A DNA stretch of 64,000 nt from Myxococcales bacterium (lineage in GTDB: Bacteria; Myxococcota_A; UBA9160; SMWR01), in NCBI GenBank assembly GCA_029863845.1, contig JAOTUO010000001.1:3664-67663 (forward strand). The letters are read 5' to 3'. This document shows positions 18,280 through 28,129 of the stretch, in pieces. Position 1 is the stretch's first letter. Each line of letters starts with the position of its first letter. Below the pieces are notes generated by a model. That model saw nothing but the letters and a program-made list of their open reading frames with translations. It searched no databases and was not told the origin of the DNA. Made by a program: the position numbers and the translations under genes.

Positions 18280-19619
18280 TGAAGGACCTCGCCGATCGAC
18301 GCGTGCTCGTGCTCGGTCTCGGCGTCTCCGGCGTCAGCGCGGCAAACTTCTGCGCGGAGCGGGGCGCACGGGTGGTGGCGGCTGACGAACGCCCGGCCCG
18401 GGCGCTGAGCGGACTTTCGGACCTCGACGCGCGCGTGGAGCGGGTGCTCGGCCGCGCCTTTCCGGATCCGGCGGATTTCGACCTGGTCGTTCCGAGCCCG
18501 GGCGTGCCGCGCGAGCGCTATGCCGATCGCGCCCGCCGCGCCTGGGGCGACGTGGAGCTGCTCTACCGCGTGCTCGCCGTGCCGATCCTGGCGGTCACCG
18601 GGACCAACGGGAAGTCGACGACGACGCGGCTGGCGGAGTCGATGCTGCGCGCGGCCGGTCTGCGGACGCGCGCCGCGGGAAACGTCGGCGCGCCGGCGCT
18701 GGGCCTCGTGGGGGAGGCCCTCGACTGGGCAGTCCTGGAGGTCTCGTCGTTCCAGCTGGAGACGACCGAGGAGTTCCGCCCGCGCGTCGCGGTGATCCTC
18801 AACCTCACGCCGGACCACCTGGACCGCCACGGGAGCTTCGAGGCCTACCGCGACGCCAAGGCCCGGATCCTCGCGCGCCAGGAAGCCGACGACGTCGCCG
18901 TCCTGAACTTCGACGACCCTGCCGTCCGCGATCTCGCGGACGCGTGCCGAGCGCGGGTCCTTCCGTTTCGGACCGCCGGCGCGCTGTCGCACGGCGCCTG
19001 GCTCGACGGGAGCTGCATCGTGATCCGGGACGGCGACGGGCCGGCCGTCCGCCTTCCCCTGGACGGCCTGCGCCTGTCCGGCCTGCACAACCGGGAGAAC
19101 GCCGTGGCCGCGCTCGCCGCTGTCGCCGCCGCGGGCGCGGACCCCTCCAAGGCGATCCTGGCGCTCGACGGCTTCGTCGGACTTCCCCACCGTGTGGAAG
19201 AGGTCGGCCGAGCGGGCGGCGCGCTCTTCGTGAACGACTCGAAGGCCACGAATCCCGGCGCCGCCGTCCAGTCGCTCCGCAGCTTCCCCGCCTCCGTGAT
19301 CTGGATCGCCGGAGGTCGGGACAAGGGGCTCGACTTCGCTGAGCTCGCCGCCGTCGCCGCCGCGCGCGTACGCGCCGCCGTGCTGATCGGGGAGGCCGCC
19401 GGGAAGCTCGAGGCAGCGCTTGCCGGCCGCGTCGACGTGCTCGCCGCCGCGTCGATCGAGGAGGCCGTCCAGCGCGCGGCCGGCCTGGCCCGGAGGGGCG
19501 ACGTCGTCCTGCTGTCGCCCGCCTGCGCCAGCCAGGATCAGTTCCGCGACTTCGAGGAGCGCGGCGATCGCTTCCGCGTGGCGGTCGCCGCCCTCGCGCG
19601 CCGAGAGGGCGCGCCGTGA
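18279..19619 (+). CDS. murD: UDP-N-acetylmuramoylalanine--D-glutamate ligase MurD
   Basis: ORF 16449..19619 trimmed to ATG 18279, which overlaps the mraY TGA by 1 nt. VLVLGLGVSGVSAANF and ILAVTGTNGKSTTTRL. Confidence 0.95.
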   Translation: MKDLADRRVLVLGLGVSGVSAANFCAERGARVVAADERPARALSGLSDLDARVERVLGRAFPDPADFDLVVPSPGVPRERYADRARRAWGDVELLYRVLAVPILAVTGTNGKSTTTRLAESMLRAAGLRTRAAGNVGAPALGLVGEALDWAVLEVSSFQLETTEEFRPRVAVILNLTPDHLDRHGSFEAYRDAKARILARQEADDVAVLNFDDPAVRDLADACRARVLPFRTAGALSHGAWLDGSCIVIRDGDGPAVRLPLDGLRLSGLHNRENAVAALAAVAAAGADPSKAILALDGFVGLPHRVEEVGRAGGALFVNDSKATNPGAAVQSLRSFPASVIWIAGGRDKGLDFAELAAVAAARVRAAVLIGEAAGKLEAALAGRVDVLAAASIEEAVQRAAGLARRGDVVLLSPACASQDQFRDFEERGDRFRVAVAALARREGAP

Positions 19620-20866
19620 TCCGGACCCGCATGAGACGCCGGACGCCGCCGCGCCGGCGCCACTTCGGGCGGGCGGCGCGGACGGGCCCTCGCGGACGCC
19701 GGGCTTCGCGCGTGCGCGCGGGCACGCGCAGCGAGCCCGTCTCCCGGCCGCTCGACGGCGGCGTCGTGGCGCCGGCGGCACTGCTCGCCGGCGTGGGAAT
19801 CGTCATGGTCTACAGCGCGACCGCACCGCTGGCGATCGGGGAGTTGGTGCCGCCGCACTTCGTCCGGCACCTCCTCGCGGTCGGGCTCGCGCTCGGGTGT
19901 GCAGCAGCCGCGACGCGGATTCCGCTGGTGGCGTGGCGGCGCCTGGCCATGCCGCTCTGGGTGGCGGGCGTCGCGCTGCTCGCCGCGACGCTTGTCGTGG
20001 GTGTCGAGGCGAACGGCGCCAACCGCTGGCTCGCCCTTCCCGGCGTTCCCGTCCGCTTCCAGCCGGCGGAGATCGCGAAGTGGACCACGGTGCTCGCCAT
20101 CGCCGCGCTGCTGGCGAAGGGGACGGAGCGCGGCCCGAGCCCGTGGCGCGGTGCGCTTGCGCTGGTTGCGGCGCCCGTGGGACTCCTGCTCCTACAACCG
20201 GATTTCGGCAGCGCCGCGCTCGTGGTCGTGCTGGGGGGGCTCCTGCTGTTTGCGGCCGGGGCGCGGCTCCGAGTCCTGTTCGCAGCGGCCGCCGCGGCGT
20301 GTGCCGGCGCCGGTGTCTATGCCGCGCTGCGGCCGTACGCGCTGGCGCGCTGGAAGGGCTTCCTCGACCCGTGGCAGACGGCCGGCAACGAGGGCTTCCA
20401 GCTGGTGCAGTCCTTCGTGGCCTTCGGCCGCGGAGGCAGCTTGGGCGTCGGCCTCGGCGACGGCCGCCAGAAGCTCTTCTACCTGCCCGAGGCGCACACG
20501 GACTTCATCCTCTCCGTGGTCGCGGAAGAGCTGGGGCTCGTGGGCGTCCTGGTGGTGCTCGGCGCCTTCGCCGCGCTGATCGTCGCCGGCACGCGGATCG
20601 CCCGCCGTGCCCGGGATCCCTTCGCCCTGCTCGTCGCCTTCGGCATGATGGCGCTGATCGCCGTGCCGGCCGCGGTCAACGCGGCCGTCGTCATGGGACT
20701 GCTGCCGACGACCGGCTTCCCGCTGCCCTTCCTCTCCCTGGGCGGAAACTCGCTGCTCGTGTGCTCGCTCGCGCTCGGGATCCTGCTGCGCATCGCGTCG
20801 CGCGAGGCCGCCCCGCGCGAAAGGCGGGTGGCGGGCGCGGCCCCGCGCGGACTGGTGGCCTCGTGA
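19616..20866 (+). CDS. ftsW: Peptidoglycan glycosyltransferase FtsW (SEDS family)
   Basis: GANRWLALPGVPVRFQPAEIAK, QPDFGSA and FIPEAHTDFI-like (YLPEAHTDFILSV) motifs. GTGA overlap with murD. About 45 aa of Arg-rich N-terminal tail. Confidence 0.9.
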   Translation: MIRTRMRRRTPPRRRHFGRAARTGPRGRRASRVRAGTRSEPVSRPLDGGVVAPAALLAGVGIVMVYSATAPLAIGELVPPHFVRHLLAVGLALGCAAAATRIPLVAWRRLAMPLWVAGVALLAATLVVGVEANGANRWLALPGVPVRFQPAEIAKWTTVLAIAALLAKGTERGPSPWRGALALVAAPVGLLLLQPDFGSAALVVVLGGLLLFAAGARLRVLFAAAAAACAGAGVYAALRPYALARWKGFLDPWQTAGNEGFQLVQSFVAFGRGGSLGVGLGDGRQKLFYLPEAHTDFILSVVAEELGLVGVLVVLGAFAALIVAGTRIARRARDPFALLVAFGMMALIAVPAAVNAAVVMGLLPTTGFPLPFLSLGGNSLLVCSLALGILLRIASREAAPRERRVAGAAPRGLVAS

Positions 20867-21981
20867 CCGGGCCGGGCGAACGACACTGGGTGGTGGCGGG
20901 CGGCGGCACCGGCGGGCACGTCACGCCGGCGCTGGCGCTGGCCGAGCAGATCGCTGCTCGGGGCGACTCGGTGCTGCTGCTCGGGTCCGAGCGCGGTCTC
21001 GAAAACCGGCTCGTCCCGGAAGCCGGCTTCGACCTGGTGGCCCTCCCCACCCGCCAGGTGATGGGCCGGGGGCTCGCGGCGCGGGCCGGAGCCGTCCCCG
21101 GGATGCTGCGCGCCTCCGCTTCGGCTTGGAAGACGCTGCGGGCCTCCCGGACCGACTTCGTGATCTCGGTCGGCGGCTACGCGTCGGTCCCGGCGGTGGC
21201 CGCCGCCGTGCTGGCGCGGGTGCCCCTCGCCATCGTGGAGCCCAACGCGATTCCCGGCCGGGCGAACCGGCTGGCGGCGCGCTTCGCCGCGCGCATCTTC
21301 GTGCAGTTCGAAGAGGCCACGCCGGTGTTCGCGCGCTCGGTCGGCGCCGACCGGATCCGGGCTCCGGGCATTCCGCTGCGCGCGGCCCTCGTCCAGGCCT
21401 TCTCCGACGGTCCGCCGCGGCGTGCGCCCTCCCCTCCCTTCCGCCTGCTGGTCTTCGGCGGCAGCCAGGGGGCTCGTCAGATCAACGAAGCCCTGATCGA
21501 AGCGGCGCCCTCCCTCGATCCCGCCGCGCTCGAGGTCGTTCACCAGACCGGCGACGCCGACCGCGATCGCGTCGCCGCCGCCTACGCGGCGGCCGGGATC
21601 CCCGCGGAGGTCGTGGCCTTCGAGCCGGACATGGCGCGCCGCTACCGCTGGGCCGACGTGGCCGTCTGCCGCGCGGGCGCGCTCACGGTGGCGGAGCTGG
21701 CGATGGCGACGCTTCCGGCGTTGCTCGTCCCCTACCCCTACGCCGCCGACGATCACCAGACGGCCAACGCCCGCGCCCTGGCCGACGCCGGTGCGGCGCG
21801 GCTGCTCGCGTCCCGCACCCTGTCTGGCCGTCGCATCGTCGAGGCCCTCGCGGCGCTGTTCGCGGCGCCGGAAACCCTGCGGGAGATGAGCAACCGCGCG
21901 GCCAAGCTCGCCCGCCCCGACGCCGCGGTCCGGATCGTGGCGGAGTGCGCTGCGCTGCTCGACGCGCGGGAGCGGAGGTAG
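20863..21981 (+). CDS. murG: UDP-N-acetylglucosamine--N-acetylmuramyl-(pentapeptide) pyrophosphoryl-undecaprenol GlcNAc transferase MurG
   Basis: ORF 19420..21981 trimmed to GTG 20863 (GTGA overlap with ftsW). VVAGGGTGGHVTPALALA and CRAGALTVAELA. Confidence 0.95.
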   Translation: MTGPGERHWVVAGGGTGGHVTPALALAEQIAARGDSVLLLGSERGLENRLVPEAGFDLVALPTRQVMGRGLAARAGAVPGMLRASASAWKTLRASRTDFVISVGGYASVPAVAAAVLARVPLAIVEPNAIPGRANRLAARFAARIFVQFEEATPVFARSVGADRIRAPGIPLRAALVQAFSDGPPRRAPSPPFRLLVFGGSQGARQINEALIEAAPSLDPAALEVVHQTGDADRDRVAAAYAAAGIPAEVVAFEPDMARRYRWADVAVCRAGALTVAELAMATLPALLVPYPYAADDHQTANARALADAGAARLLASRTLSGRRIVEALAALFAAPETLREMSNRAAKLARPDAAVRIVAECAALLDARERR

Positions 21982-21984
21982 GCG

Positions 21985-23373
21985 ATGCGACGCCGCATCG
22001 AGCGCATCCACTTCGTCGGCGCGGGCGGGATCGGCATGTGCGGCCTCGCCGAGCTGCTGCACAACCAGGGATACGCCATCAGCGGCTCCGATCTGAAGTC
22101 GGGCCCCACGGTCGAGCGCCTGCGTTCCCTGGGAATCGAGATCGCGATCGGACACGACCCGAGCCACGTCGGCTCCGCCGACGTGGTCGTCTACTCCTCC
22201 GCCGTGCGCCCGAACAACCCGGAATTGCGCGAGGCCGAGCGCCTCAAGATTCCGGTGATCCCGCGCGCGGAGATGCTCGCCGAAACCATGCGACTGAAGG
22301 AGGGCATCGCCGTCGCCGGCAGCCACGGCAAGACGACCACCACCTCGCTGATCGCCCACGTGCTCGACGCGGCGGGCCTCGACCCGACCGCCGTGATCGG
22401 CGGCCGCGTGCGCGCCGCGCGGGGCGCGGCGACCGGTGCCCGGCTCGGCGCCGGAGACCTCCTGGTGGCCGAAGCCGATGAGAGCGACGGCTCGTTCCTG
22501 CGCCTCGCCCCGGTGATCGCCGTGGTAACCAACATCGATCCGGAGCACCTCGACCACTACGGCTCGTTCGCGGCGCTCCAAGACGCCTTTGCGGCCTTCG
22601 CGAACCGAGTCCCCTTCTGGGGGCTCGCGGTGCTCTGTCTCGACCACCCCGGCGTGCAGGCCATCGTGCCGCGCATGACCCGACGCACCGCCACCTACGG
22701 GTTCGCCTCGCAGTCGGACCTCCTGGCCACCGACCTCGAGCCGGAGCGCGACGGCATGCGCTTCGAAGTCCGTCACCGCGGGGAGGCGCTGGGCCCGGTT
22801 CACTTGCCGCTGCCGGGTCGCCACAACGTGCTCAACGCCCTCGCGACGATCGCCGTGGCCCTCGAGCTGGGTGTTTCCTTCGAGCGGGCGGCGGCGGCCC
22901 TCGACAGCTTCCCCGGCATCGAGCGGCGCTTCGAGACCAAGGGCGAGGTCTCCGGCATCCGCGTCGTCGACGACTACGGCCACCATCCCGCGGAGATCAC
23001 GGCAACCCTGTCTTCGGCGCGCGGACTCCACGCCGGGCGCATCGTCGTCGCCTTCCAGCCGCATCGCTACACGCGCACGCGCGATCTCTGGGACGAGTTC
23101 ACCACCGCGTTCAACGACGCCGACCTCCTGTTCGTGACCGGGATCCATCCTGCCGGCGAGAGCAAGATCCCCGGCGTCGAGGCCGCTCCGCTCGTGGAGG
23201 CCATCGGCGCCCACGGGCACCGCAACGTGCACTTCGTTCCCGACCTCGAAGCAGTGCTCGAACGCCTGGTCGCCGAAGCGAAGCCGGGCGATCTCGTGAT
23301 GACGCTCGGAGCGGGGAGCATCGCGACGCTCGGGGCGCGGCTGATCGAGCGCCTGCGGGAGGGAACGCGGTGA
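21985..23373 (+). CDS. murC: UDP-N-acetylmuramate--L-alanine ligase MurC
   Basis: IHFVGAGGIGMCGLAELL and IAVAGSHGKTTTTSLI. 462 aa. Confidence 0.95.
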   Translation: MRRRIERIHFVGAGGIGMCGLAELLHNQGYAISGSDLKSGPTVERLRSLGIEIAIGHDPSHVGSADVVVYSSAVRPNNPELREAERLKIPVIPRAEMLAETMRLKEGIAVAGSHGKTTTTSLIAHVLDAAGLDPTAVIGGRVRAARGAATGARLGAGDLLVAEADESDGSFLRLAPVIAVVTNIDPEHLDHYGSFAALQDAFAAFANRVPFWGLAVLCLDHPGVQAIVPRMTRRTATYGFASQSDLLATDLEPERDGMRFEVRHRGEALGPVHLPLPGRHNVLNALATIAVALELGVSFERAAAALDSFPGIERRFETKGEVSGIRVVDDYGHHPAEITATLSSARGLHAGRIVVAFQPHRYTRTRDLWDEFTTAFNDADLLFVTGIHPAGESKIPGVEAAPLVEAIGAHGHRNVHFVPDLEAVLERLVAEAKPGDLVMTLGAGSIATLGARLIERLREGTR

Positions 23374-24287
23374 TCGCCCGGGCCACTCGCGAAGCCCTCG
23401 AGGAAGCTCTGGGCGACGCCGTCCGTTTCGACGTTCCGATGTCGCGCTACACGTCACTGCGCGTCGGCGGTCCGGCCGATGCCCTCGCCACGCCGTCGAG
23501 CCGCGCCGATCTGGCGCGGCTGCTGGCCGTGTGCATGACCCACCGACTGCGCCACGCCATCCTCGGCGCGGGCTTCAATACGCTGGCGCTCGACCATCGC
23601 ATCGAGGGCGTCGTGATCCAGATGGGAGGGCTGCGGCGCCTCGAAGAGCGGCCCGGCGGCCTCCTGCGGGCTGAGGCCGGCGTCTCCCACGCGCAGCTCA
23701 CGAACTTCTGCTGCCGCCGCGGACTCGCCGGCCTCGAGTTCGGGGCGGGAATCCCCGGGAGCGTCGGCGGCTGGCTCGCGATGAACGCCGGCATTCCCGG
23801 ACGAGAAATGAAGGACGTCGTCCACGAGGTCGAGGTGATGAGCCCGACCGGCCGGCGCGTGAGCCACCTGCGCCGCGAGGCGCTCCGCTTCGTCTACCGT
23901 GCGCTGCGCGGGCTCGCGCCGGGCTCGGTGCTGCTGTCGACGCTGCTCGAAGTCGAGGTTGCTCAGCCGGCCGCCGTCCGCGCCGAGGTGAAGCGCCTGC
24001 TCGCGAAGCGCGCGGGGACGCAACCCCTCGACGTCCCCACCTGCGGATCGGTGTTCAAGAACCCGCCCGGCGACTTCGCCGGCCGACTGATCGACGCCGC
24101 GGGCTTGAAGGGGCGGCGCATCGGCGGCGCGCAGATCTCTCCGCTGCACGCGAACTTCATCTCCAACCTGGGCGGCGCGACGGCGGCGGACATCCTAGCC
24201 CTGATGGAGGAGGCGCGAGCGGCGGTGAAAGCCGCGACGCAGACGCGGCTCGAAACCGAGGTGCGGCTGCTCGGGAGGAAGGGTTGA
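23370..24287 (+). CDS. murB: UDP-N-acetylenolpyruvoylglucosamine reductase MurB
   Basis: YTSLRVGGPAD, GAGFNTL, GSVGGWLAMNAG and CGSVFKNP. GTGA overlap with murC. Confidence 0.95.
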   Translation: MIARATREALEEALGDAVRFDVPMSRYTSLRVGGPADALATPSSRADLARLLAVCMTHRLRHAILGAGFNTLALDHRIEGVVIQMGGLRRLEERPGGLLRAEAGVSHAQLTNFCCRRGLAGLEFGAGIPGSVGGWLAMNAGIPGREMKDVVHEVEVMSPTGRRVSHLRREALRFVYRALRGLAPGSVLLSTLLEVEVAQPAAVRAEVKRLLAKRAGTQPLDVPTCGSVFKNPPGDFAGRLIDAAGLKGRRIGGAQISPLHANFISNLGGATAADILALMEEARAAVKAATQTRLETEVRLLGRKG

Positions 24288-25240
24288 GGGGACGGCGGCG
24301 ACGCGTCACCGCGGGTCGCGGCGCCCTCACCCGCACGGAGCGGGCGTCGCAGGCGCGGCGGCAGCGAGCGCTCGCGCATCTGGAGCGGGTGCGCGGTCAC
24401 GCCGGCTCGCCGCGGGAGCCGCGCTTCCGCGGCGCCGTCGCCGTCGCCGCGCTGCTGGCGTCCTCCGTTGCGGCCGGCGCCCTGTTCGGCCCCTCGCTCG
24501 TCACGGCGACGTCGGGCTGGCTCTCGGGCGCGACTCCCCGGCTGAAGGCGATTCGCGTGCACGGCCTCGAACGGCTCTCCGCCGGCGAGATCGCCGCGGC
24601 GACCGGCCTGGCGCGCGGCGCCACGCCGGCCGAGGTGGTTCCCGGCGAGGTGGTCGAGCGCCTGGAGGCCCACTCCTGGGTAGCGGCGGCGCGTGCGGTA
24701 CGCCTCTCGAGCCGAACCCTGTTGGTGGACGTGCGCGAGCGCGTGCCGCTGGCGGTGGCGCCGGCCGGGAAAGACGAGTCCCCGTTCCTCGTGGACGCAA
24801 CCGGGACGCCCTTCACCTCCGCAGCGGCGGCGACCTCGGAGGGACTGCCGCGCCTGGTGCCGGCCACCGCCGTCGCACCGGGCGAGCCCGACGACGCGCT
24901 GGCGGCGGCGGTGGCACTCGCGCAGCAGCTGCCCGCGTTCGGCCTCGCGGTGCCCACGCAGGTCCGGATCGCTGCGGCCGGAGACCCCCTGGGATTCGTC
25001 GTGCACCTGAGCGGTCTCACCGCACGCTTCGTGCTCGGGCGCGAGGATCTCGACGACCGACTCGCCGGGCTGGCGCGCTTGCTCGCCGCGAACCTCGTCG
25101 AGACCGCCAAAGCGACGAGCGTGGACCTTCGCTTCGCGGACCAGGCGGTCCTGCGGAAACGGCCGCCCCCGAAAGGGGCGGCGCAAGTGGCGGCGGAGCG
25201 CGGAGGCGCGGCGCCGTCCAACACGAGACCGTCCGGATGA
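24284..25240 (+). CDS. ftsQ: Cell division protein FtsQ (POTRA domain)
   Basis: TTG 24284 overlaps the murB stop as TTGA. An Arg-rich cytoplasmic tail is followed by a TM helix (AVAVAALLASSVAAGALF) and a POTRA-like LKAIRVHGLERLSAGEIAAATGL. The start is uncertain, as in-frame downstream GTG candidates exist. Confidence 0.8.
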   Translation: MRGRRRRVTAGRGALTRTERASQARRQRALAHLERVRGHAGSPREPRFRGAVAVAALLASSVAAGALFGPSLVTATSGWLSGATPRLKAIRVHGLERLSAGEIAAATGLARGATPAEVVPGEVVERLEAHSWVAAARAVRLSSRTLLVDVRERVPLAVAPAGKDESPFLVDATGTPFTSAAAATSEGLPRLVPATAVAPGEPDDALAAAVALAQQLPAFGLAVPTQVRIAAAGDPLGFVVHLSGLTARFVLGREDLDDRLAGLARLLAANLVETAKATSVDLRFADQAVLRKRPPPKGAAQVAAERGGAAPSNTRPSG

Positions 25241-25303
25241 GCCGGCGGTCTCCAGCGGGCGGCGGGCCGAGCCCGTCACCCGTGGACACGGGGGGAGAGA
25301 GGG

Positions 25304-26542
25304 ATGTCTCGCAATGATGATCTGATCGTCGGACTCGACATCGGAACCACCAAGATCTGCGTCATCGTCGCCGAACGCACCGAGAACGGCGTCGACATCA
25401 TCGGCATCGGCACGCATCCGTCGCGCGGTCTGCGCAAGGGTGTGGTGGTGGACATCGACGCCACCGTCAGCTCGATCAAGCACGCCGTCGAGGAAGCCGA
25501 GCTGATGGCCGACTGCGAGATCACGTCGGTCTTCGCGGGGATCGCCGGCAGTCACATCCATGGCTTCAACTCCCACGGCGTGGTCGCGGTGAAGGATCGG
25601 GAGGTGAGCGAGAGCGACGTGCGTCGAGTGATCGACGCCGCCAAGGCGGTCGCGATCCCCATGGATCGCGAGGTGATCCACGTGATCCCGCAGGAGTTCA
25701 TCGTCGACGAACAGGACGGCGTGCGCGAGCCGCTCGGAATGAGCGGCGTGCGCCTCGAGGCCCGGATCCACATCGTCACGGCGGCGGTGACGAGCGCGCA
25801 GAACATCGTGAAGAGCGCGAACAAAGCCGGCCTCAACGTCGTCGACATCGTGCTCGAGCCCCTCGCCTCGGCGGAGGCCGCACTCGCCGATGACGAGCGC
25901 GACCTCGGCGTGTGCCTCATCGACATCGGCGGCGGCACCACCGACCTCGCGGTCTTTGCCGACGGCTCGATCAAGCACACTTCGGTGTTGGGCCTCGGGG
26001 GCTACCACATCACCAACGACATCGCGGTGGGACTGCGGACGCCCTTCGACGAGGCCGAGCGCATCAAGAAGAAGTTCGGCGTGGCCTCGGCGCGCTACCT
26101 CGGCAGCGACGACGTGATCACGGTGCCGAGCGTGGGCGGGCGGCGACCGCGCGAGGTCTCGCGAAAGATCCTGTGCGAGATCATCGAGCCGCGGGTCGAC
26201 GAGATCCTGAGCCTCGCCCGCCAGGCGATCGTGAAGGCGGGCCTGGACGGCAAGATCCCCTCGGGCGTCGTCCTGACAGGCGGCTGCTCGGCGCTCGAGG
26301 GACTCATCGACCTGTCGGAGGAGATCTTCGAGTCGCCGGTGCGGCCCGGAGTTCCCACCAACATCGGCGGACTCCAGGACGTGGTCCGCGGCCCCATGTA
26401 CGCCACTGGCGTGGGTCTCGTGCTGTTCGGCGCCTCGGAGAAGCGGGGCCGCCTCAGCACGCGCTTTCGCATCCGGGACGGGTCGATCTTCGGCCGGGTC
26501 AAGCAGCGGATGCGCGACTGGTTCTTCGGGGAATTCGACTGA
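25304..26542 (+). CDS. ftsA: Cell division protein FtsA
   Basis: LIVGLDIGTTKICVIVAE, LIDIGGGTTDLAVF and VLTGGCSALEGL are actin-fold motifs. RBS GGGGGGAGAGAGGG precedes the ATG. Confidence 0.95.
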   Translation: MSRNDDLIVGLDIGTTKICVIVAERTENGVDIIGIGTHPSRGLRKGVVVDIDATVSSIKHAVEEAELMADCEITSVFAGIAGSHIHGFNSHGVVAVKDREVSESDVRRVIDAAKAVAIPMDREVIHVIPQEFIVDEQDGVREPLGMSGVRLEARIHIVTAAVTSAQNIVKSANKAGLNVVDIVLEPLASAEAALADDERDLGVCLIDIGGGTTDLAVFADGSIKHTSVLGLGGYHITNDIAVGLRTPFDEAERIKKKFGVASARYLGSDDVITVPSVGGRRPREVSRKILCEIIEPRVDEILSLARQAIVKAGLDGKIPSGVVLTGGCSALEGLIDLSEEIFESPVRPGVPTNIGGLQDVVRGPMYATGVGLVLFGASEKRGRLSTRFRIRDGSIFGRVKQRMRDWFFGEFD

Positions 26543-26608
26543 TGGGATCAGGGCCGGGCGGAGGCCGGCCCGGGCGGCGGGAGTCTCGCAACTCGTGGGC
26601 CCAAACCG

Positions 26609-26636
26609 TTACAAAAACGGCGTTTTGAAGTAACAT
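26609..26636 (+). promoter_or_regulatory. Candidate internal promoter for ftsZ
   Basis: TTACAA (26609-26614), a 16-nt spacer, then TAACAT (26631-26636), in the locally AT-richer ftsA-ftsZ spacer. Pattern match only. Confidence 0.3.
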
Positions 26637-26671
26637 TTGGCGCGCGGACAGCGCGCGAGAGGGGGTGAGAG

Positions 26672-28054
26672 ATGTCCAGGCGAACAGGTCGAAACAACGG
26701 ATCGAAGGGCTCCACGGGGCCGGTGACTCGCGGCGAGCAAGCCCCGGCGGAGGTCGGGGACCTGCTGCGGCTCGAGGGGGACGAGCAGCGCCCGCTGCTC
26801 GAGTTCGAGAGCGCCTCCCGGCAGCGGGCGCGGATCAAGGTGATCGGCGTCGGCGGCGGCGGCGGCAACGCCCTGAACAACATGGTCCGGGCCGAGCTCC
26901 GGGGCGTGGAGTTCGTGGCGGCGAACACGGACGCGCAGGCGCTCCACCACAACCTCGCCACCCACAAGGTCCAGCTCGGCGCGGAGGTCACCCGTGGCCT
27001 CGGGTGCGGGGCCGATCCGGACAAGGGCCGCGGATCGGCGCTCGAGGTGCGCGAGCGGCTGCTCGAGCTGCTCGAAGGCACGGACATGGTGTTCGTGACC
27101 GCGGGCCTGGGAGGCGGCACCGGCACGGGGGCGGCCCCCGTGATCGCGGAGGTCGCGCGCGAGGTCGGGGCGCTGACGGTCGGCGTCGTCACCAAGCCCT
27201 TCCTGTTCGAGGGCAAGGTGCGGATGCGCCACGCGGAGAAGGGCCTCGACGAGCTGCACGGCGTCGTGGACACGGTGATCACGATTCCCAACCAGCGCCT
27301 GCTGGCGCTGGCCGGGAAGGGCACGGCAATGAGCGAAGCCTTCCAACTGGCCGACGAGGTGCTGTTCAACGCGGTTCGCGGCATCTCCGACCTGATCACG
27401 ATCCACGGTCTCATCAACCTCGACTTCGCCGACGTGCGCACGATCATGAACGAGATGGGCGTGGCGATGATGGGGACCGGCGTGGGCACGGGCGACGAGC
27501 GCGGCACGGAAGCAGCGCGCGCGGCGATCTCCAGCCCGTTGCTCGAGGACATGTCGATCGACGGCGCTCACGGCGTGCTGATCAACATCACCGGCGGCGC
27601 CGACCTCACGCTGTACGAGGTGAACGAGGCGTCCACGCTGATCCAGGAGGCGGCTCACGAAGACGCGAACATCATCTTCGGCGCGGTGATCGACGAGACG
27701 ATCCCCAAGGGCGAGATGCGGGTGACCGTGATCGCGACGGGCCTCGACGGCAACCGGATGCGCCGAGGGCGTCACGACGGCGTCGCGCACACGGAGGGCC
27801 GCAGCAACGTGACGCCGCTGCGGCGCGATCCGATGCCCCTCGACGATCGGATCCCCGCGGCGGAGCATCGCGCGGAACCGATGTCGGGCCCGGGCGCTGA
27901 CGGGGCAGGCGCCGTGCACCCGAACGCGGGTAGCGACTGGATGTCGCCCTTCGAGGACGAGCTGGACGTTCCGACCTTCATCCGGCGGGGCGGACACGCG
28001 GACGACGACGACGAGATCGAGAAGCCCGCGTTCCTGCGGCGGTCGGCCGACTGA
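26672..28054 (+). CDS. ftsZ: Cell division GTPase FtsZ
   Basis: [36 protein letters not shown] and [21 protein letters not shown] precedes ATG 26672. About 55 aa of N-terminal extension before the GTPase core. Confidence 0.97.
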   Translation: MSRRTGRNNGSKGSTGPVTRGEQAPAEVGDLLRLEGDEQRPLLEFESASRQRARIKVIGVGGGGGNALNNMVRAELRGVEFVAANTDAQALHHNLATHKVQLGAEVTRGLGCGADPDKGRGSALEVRERLLELLEGTDMVFVTAGLGGGTGTGAAPVIAEVAREVGALTVGVVTKPFLFEGKVRMRHAEKGLDELHGVVDTVITIPNQRLLALAGKGTAMSEAFQLADEVLFNAVRGISDLITIHGLINLDFADVRTIMNEMGVAMMGTGVGTGDERGTEAARAAISSPLLEDMSIDGAHGVLINITGGADLTLYEVNEASTLIQEAAHEDANIIFGAVIDETIPKGEMRVTVIATGLDGNRMRRGRHDGVAHTEGRSNVTPLRRDPMPLDDRIPAAEHRAEPMSGPGADGAGAVHPNAGSDWMSPFEDELDVPTFIRRGGHADDDDEIEKPAFLRRSAD

Positions 28055-28065
28055 GAGCCGGCGCG

Positions 28066-28089
28066 CTTCCGGCGCGGAAGACCCCTTTT
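28066..28089 (+). terminator. Candidate intrinsic terminator after ftsZ
   Basis: CTTCCG-GCG-CGGAAG hairpin (28066-28080) followed by ACCCCTTTTC. The stem is short, so support is modest. Confidence 0.4.
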
Positions 28090-28129
28090 CGGGATTGCCG
28101 CGGAGGGAGGGCTCAGGCAGGCTGGGGCC

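Noticed and set aside
16449-19619. Giant apparent fusion ORFs. Examples: 16449..19619 (1056 aa), 13394..15805, 14854..17205, 19420..21981, 52199..56422 (1407 aa), 35365..38088, 30410..32638, 57492..59690, 57798..59867.
   Set aside because: The N-terminal parts are read-through of the upstream gene region in another frame. Conserved N-termini, SD-like runs and ATGA/GTGA/TTGA stop-start junctions give much shorter true genes. Starts were trimmed accordingly.
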